From positions 62,001 to 126,000 of the forward strand of contig NW_027590217.1 of the NCBI RefSeq assembly GCF_964213995.1: a DNA stretch of 64,000 bases. Direction: 5' to 3'. Origin of the DNA: Mustelus asterias (taxonomy: Eukaryota). This document shows, piece after piece, positions 61,140 through 64,000 of the stretch. The notes below the pieces were generated by a model that saw only the letters and a program-made list of their open reading frames with translations, was not told the origin of the DNA and did not search any database. Numbering within the stretch: position 1 is the stretch's first letter; each line of letters starts with the position of its first letter. Both the position numbers and the translations under genes were made by a program.

Positions 61140-64000
61140 CCATCAGTCCGTTTAGGGTCCCCCAGCGCGTTTAGGGTCCCCCGGCATGTTTAGGATCTCC
61201 CGGTGTGTTTAGGGGCCCCCAGTGTGTTAAAGGTCCCCCAGCATGATTAGTGTCCCCCAGTGTGTTTAGCGTCCCCCAGTGTGTATAGGGCCACCCCAGT
61301 GTGTTTAGGCGTCCCCCAGTGTGTTAAGGGTCCCCCAGCGGGTTTAGGGTCTCCCAGTGTGTTTAGGGTTCCCCCAGCGTGTTTAGGTTCCCCCAGCGTG
61401 TTTAGGTTCCCCCAGCGTGTTTAGGTTCCCCCAGCGTGTTTAGGGTCCCCCCAGTGTGTTTAGGGTCCCCCCCAGTCTGTTGACGGTCCCCCACTGTGTT
61501 TAGGATTCCCCAGTGCGTTTTTTCGGTCCCCACAGTGTGTTTAGGGTCCCCCCCCCCAGTGTGTTTAGGGTCCCCCCAGTGTGTTTAGGGTCCCCCAGTG
61601 TGTTTAGGGTCCCCCCCCCAGTGTGTTTAGGGTCCCCCCAGTATATGTAGGGTCCCCCCAGTGTGTTTAGGGTCCCACAAGTGTCTTTAGGGTCCCCCAG
61701 TGTGTTCAGGGTCCCCCCCAACATATTTAGGGTCCCCCAGTGTGTTTAGGGTCCCTCCAGTATGTTTAGGATCCCCAGCGTATTTAGGGTTCCCCCAGTG
61801 TGTGTAGGGTCCCCCAGTGTGTTTACGTTCCCCCCAGTGTGTTTAGGGTTCCCCAGTGTGTTTAGGGTCCCCCCCAGTGTGTTTCGGGTCCCCCAGTGTG
61901 TTTAGGGTTCCCCCCAGGGTATTTCGGGTTCCCCAGTGTGTTGAGGTCCCCCAGGGTGTTTCGCGTTCTCCCCAGTGTGTTTAGGGTCCCCCAGTGTGTT
62001 TAGGGTTCCCCCCAGTGTGTTTCGGGTTCCCCAGTGTGTTGAGGTCCCCCCAGGGTGTTTCGCGTTCTCCCCAGTGTGTTTAGGGTCCCCCCAGTGTGTT
62101 TAGGGTCCCCCCAGTGAGTTTAGGGTTCCCCCCCCAGTGTGTTTAGGGTCCCCCCAGTGTGTTTAGGGTCCCCCCAGTGTGTTTAGGGCTTCCCCCAGTG
62201 TGTTTAGGGTCCCCCCCCCAGTGTGTTTAGGGTCCCCCAGTGTGTTTAGGGTCCCCCCAGTGTGTTTGGGTCCCCCAGTGTGTTTAGGGTCCCCCCAGTG
62301 TGTTTAGGGTCCCCCCCCCAGTGTGTTTAGGGTCCCCCCAGTATATGTAGGGTCCCCCCAGTGTGTTTAGGGTCCCCCCAGTGTGTTTAGGGTCCCACTA
62401 GTGTGTTTAGGGTCCCCCAGTGTGTTCAGGGTCCCCCCAACATATTTAGGGTCCCCCAGTGTGTTTAGGGTCCCCCCAGTGTGTTTAGGGTCCCCCAGTG
62501 TGTTTAGGGACCCCCAGTGTGTTTAGGTTCCCCCCAGTGTGTTTAGGGTCCCCCAGTGTGTTTAGGGAGCCCCCAGCGTGTTTAGGGTCCCCCCAGTGTG
62601 TTTAGTCTTTCCCCAGTGTGTTTAGGGTCCCCCCAGTGTGTTTAGGGCCCCGCCAGTGTGTTTAAGGTCCCCCCCAGTGTGTTTAGGGTCCCCCCAGTGT
62701 GTTTAGGGTCCCCCCAGTGTGTTTCGGGTTCCCCAGTGTGTTGAGGTCCCCCCAGGGTGTTTAGGGTCCCCCAGTGTGTTTAGGGAGCCCCCAGTGTGTT
62801 TAGGGTCCCCCAGTGTGTTTAGGTTCCCCCCAGTGGGTTTAGGGTCCCCCAGTGTGTTTAGGGAGCCCCCAGTGTGTTTAGGGTCCCCCAGTGTGTTTAG
62901 GGTCCCCCAGTGTGTTTAGGGTCTCCCCCAGTGTGTTTAGGGTCCCCCAGTGTGTTTAGGGTCTCCCAGTGTGTTTAGGGTCCCCCAGTGTGTTTAGGGT
63001 CCCCCCAGTGTGTTTAGAGTCCCCCCAGTGTGTTTAGGGTCCCCCCAGTGTGTTTAGGGTCCCACAAGTGTCTTTAGGGTCCCCCAGTGTGTTCAGGGTC
63101 CCCCCAACATATTTAGGGTCCCCCAGTGTGTTTAGGGTCCCTCCAGTATGTTTAGGATCCCCAGCGTATTTAGGGTTCCCCCAGTGTGTGTAGGGTCCCC
63201 CAGTGTGTTTAGGTTCCCCCCAGTGTGTTTAGGGTTCCCCAGTGTGTTTAGGGTCCCCCCCAGTGTGTTTAGGGTCCCCCAGTGTGTTTAGGGTTCCCCC
63301 CAGTGTATTTCGGGTTCCCCAGTGTGTTGAGGTCCCCCAGGGTGTTTCGCGTTCTCCCCAGTGTGTTTAGGGTCCCCCAGTGTGTTTAGGGTCCCCCAGT
63401 GTGTTTAGCGTTCCCCCCAGTGTATTTCGGGTTCCCCAGTGTGTTGAGGTCCCCCCAGGGTGTTTCGCGTTCTCCCCATTTTTTTTAGGGTCCCCCCAGT
63501 GTGTTTAGGGTCCCCCCAGTGAGTTTAGGGTTCCCCCCCCAGTGTGTTTAGGGTCCCCCCAGTGTGTTTAGGGTCCCCCCAGTGTGTTTAGGGCTTCCCC
63601 CAGTGTGTTTAGGGTCCCCCCCCCAAGTGTGTTTAGGGTCCCCCAGTGTGTTTAGGGTCCCCCCAGTGTGTTTAGGGTCCCCCAGTGTGTTTAGGGTCCC
63701 CCCAGTGTGTTTAGGGTCCCCCCCCCAGTGTGTTTAGGGTCCCCCCAGTATATGTAGGGTCCCCCCAGTGTGTTTAGGGTCCCCCCAGTGTGTTTAGGGT
63801 CCCACTAGTGTGTTTAGGGTCCCCCAGTGTGTTCAGGGTCCCCCCAACATATTTAGGGTCCCCCAGTGTGTTTAGGGTCCCCCCAGTGTGTTTAGGGTCC
63901 CCCAGTGTGTTTAGGGACCCCCAGTGTGTTTAGGTTCCCCCCAGTGTGTTTAGGGTCCCCCCAGTGTGTTTAGTCTTTCCCCAGTGTGTTTAGGGTCCCC
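61140..64000. repeat. Tandem satellite, ~19-22 bp unit (GTGTTTAGGGTCCCCCCAGT), runs off the window end
   Basis: Direct repetition with a variable C tract. Confidence 0.97.

Overview
This is eukaryotic DNA from a cartilaginous fish (shark-like). It holds one complete, unrearranged and apparently intact immunoglobulin heavy-chain cluster of the IgW type on the + strand, spanning about 7.8-58.7 kb. The order is leader, V(23-RSS), (12)D1(22), (12)D2(12), (23)J, C1, C2, a Cys-rich short secretory tail exon, C3, C4, C5, C6 with the long secretory tail, TM1, and a probable TM2. The leader, J, short-tail and TM exons are missing from the ORF track and were read by hand, as were the D boundaries and RSSs. 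Introns are packed with CR1 and Rex/Babar LINE fragments, V-SINEs, other SINEs and a solo LTR; a second solo LTR lies upstream. Four satellite families (16, ~48, ~41-43 and ~20 bp units) bracket and invade the cluster and explain the long low-complexity ORFs. IgW itself is a known system. The most novel-looking signal is that joining C4 to the C5 acceptor regenerates a perfect splice donor (AAG|GTGAGT). This candidate recursive splice site could generate the membrane isoform that skips C5-C6, in a gene whose C6 lacks the usual internal GT donor. Repeat family names come from recalled motifs, not database searches, and repeat boundaries are approximate unless a target-site duplication (TSD) is given.
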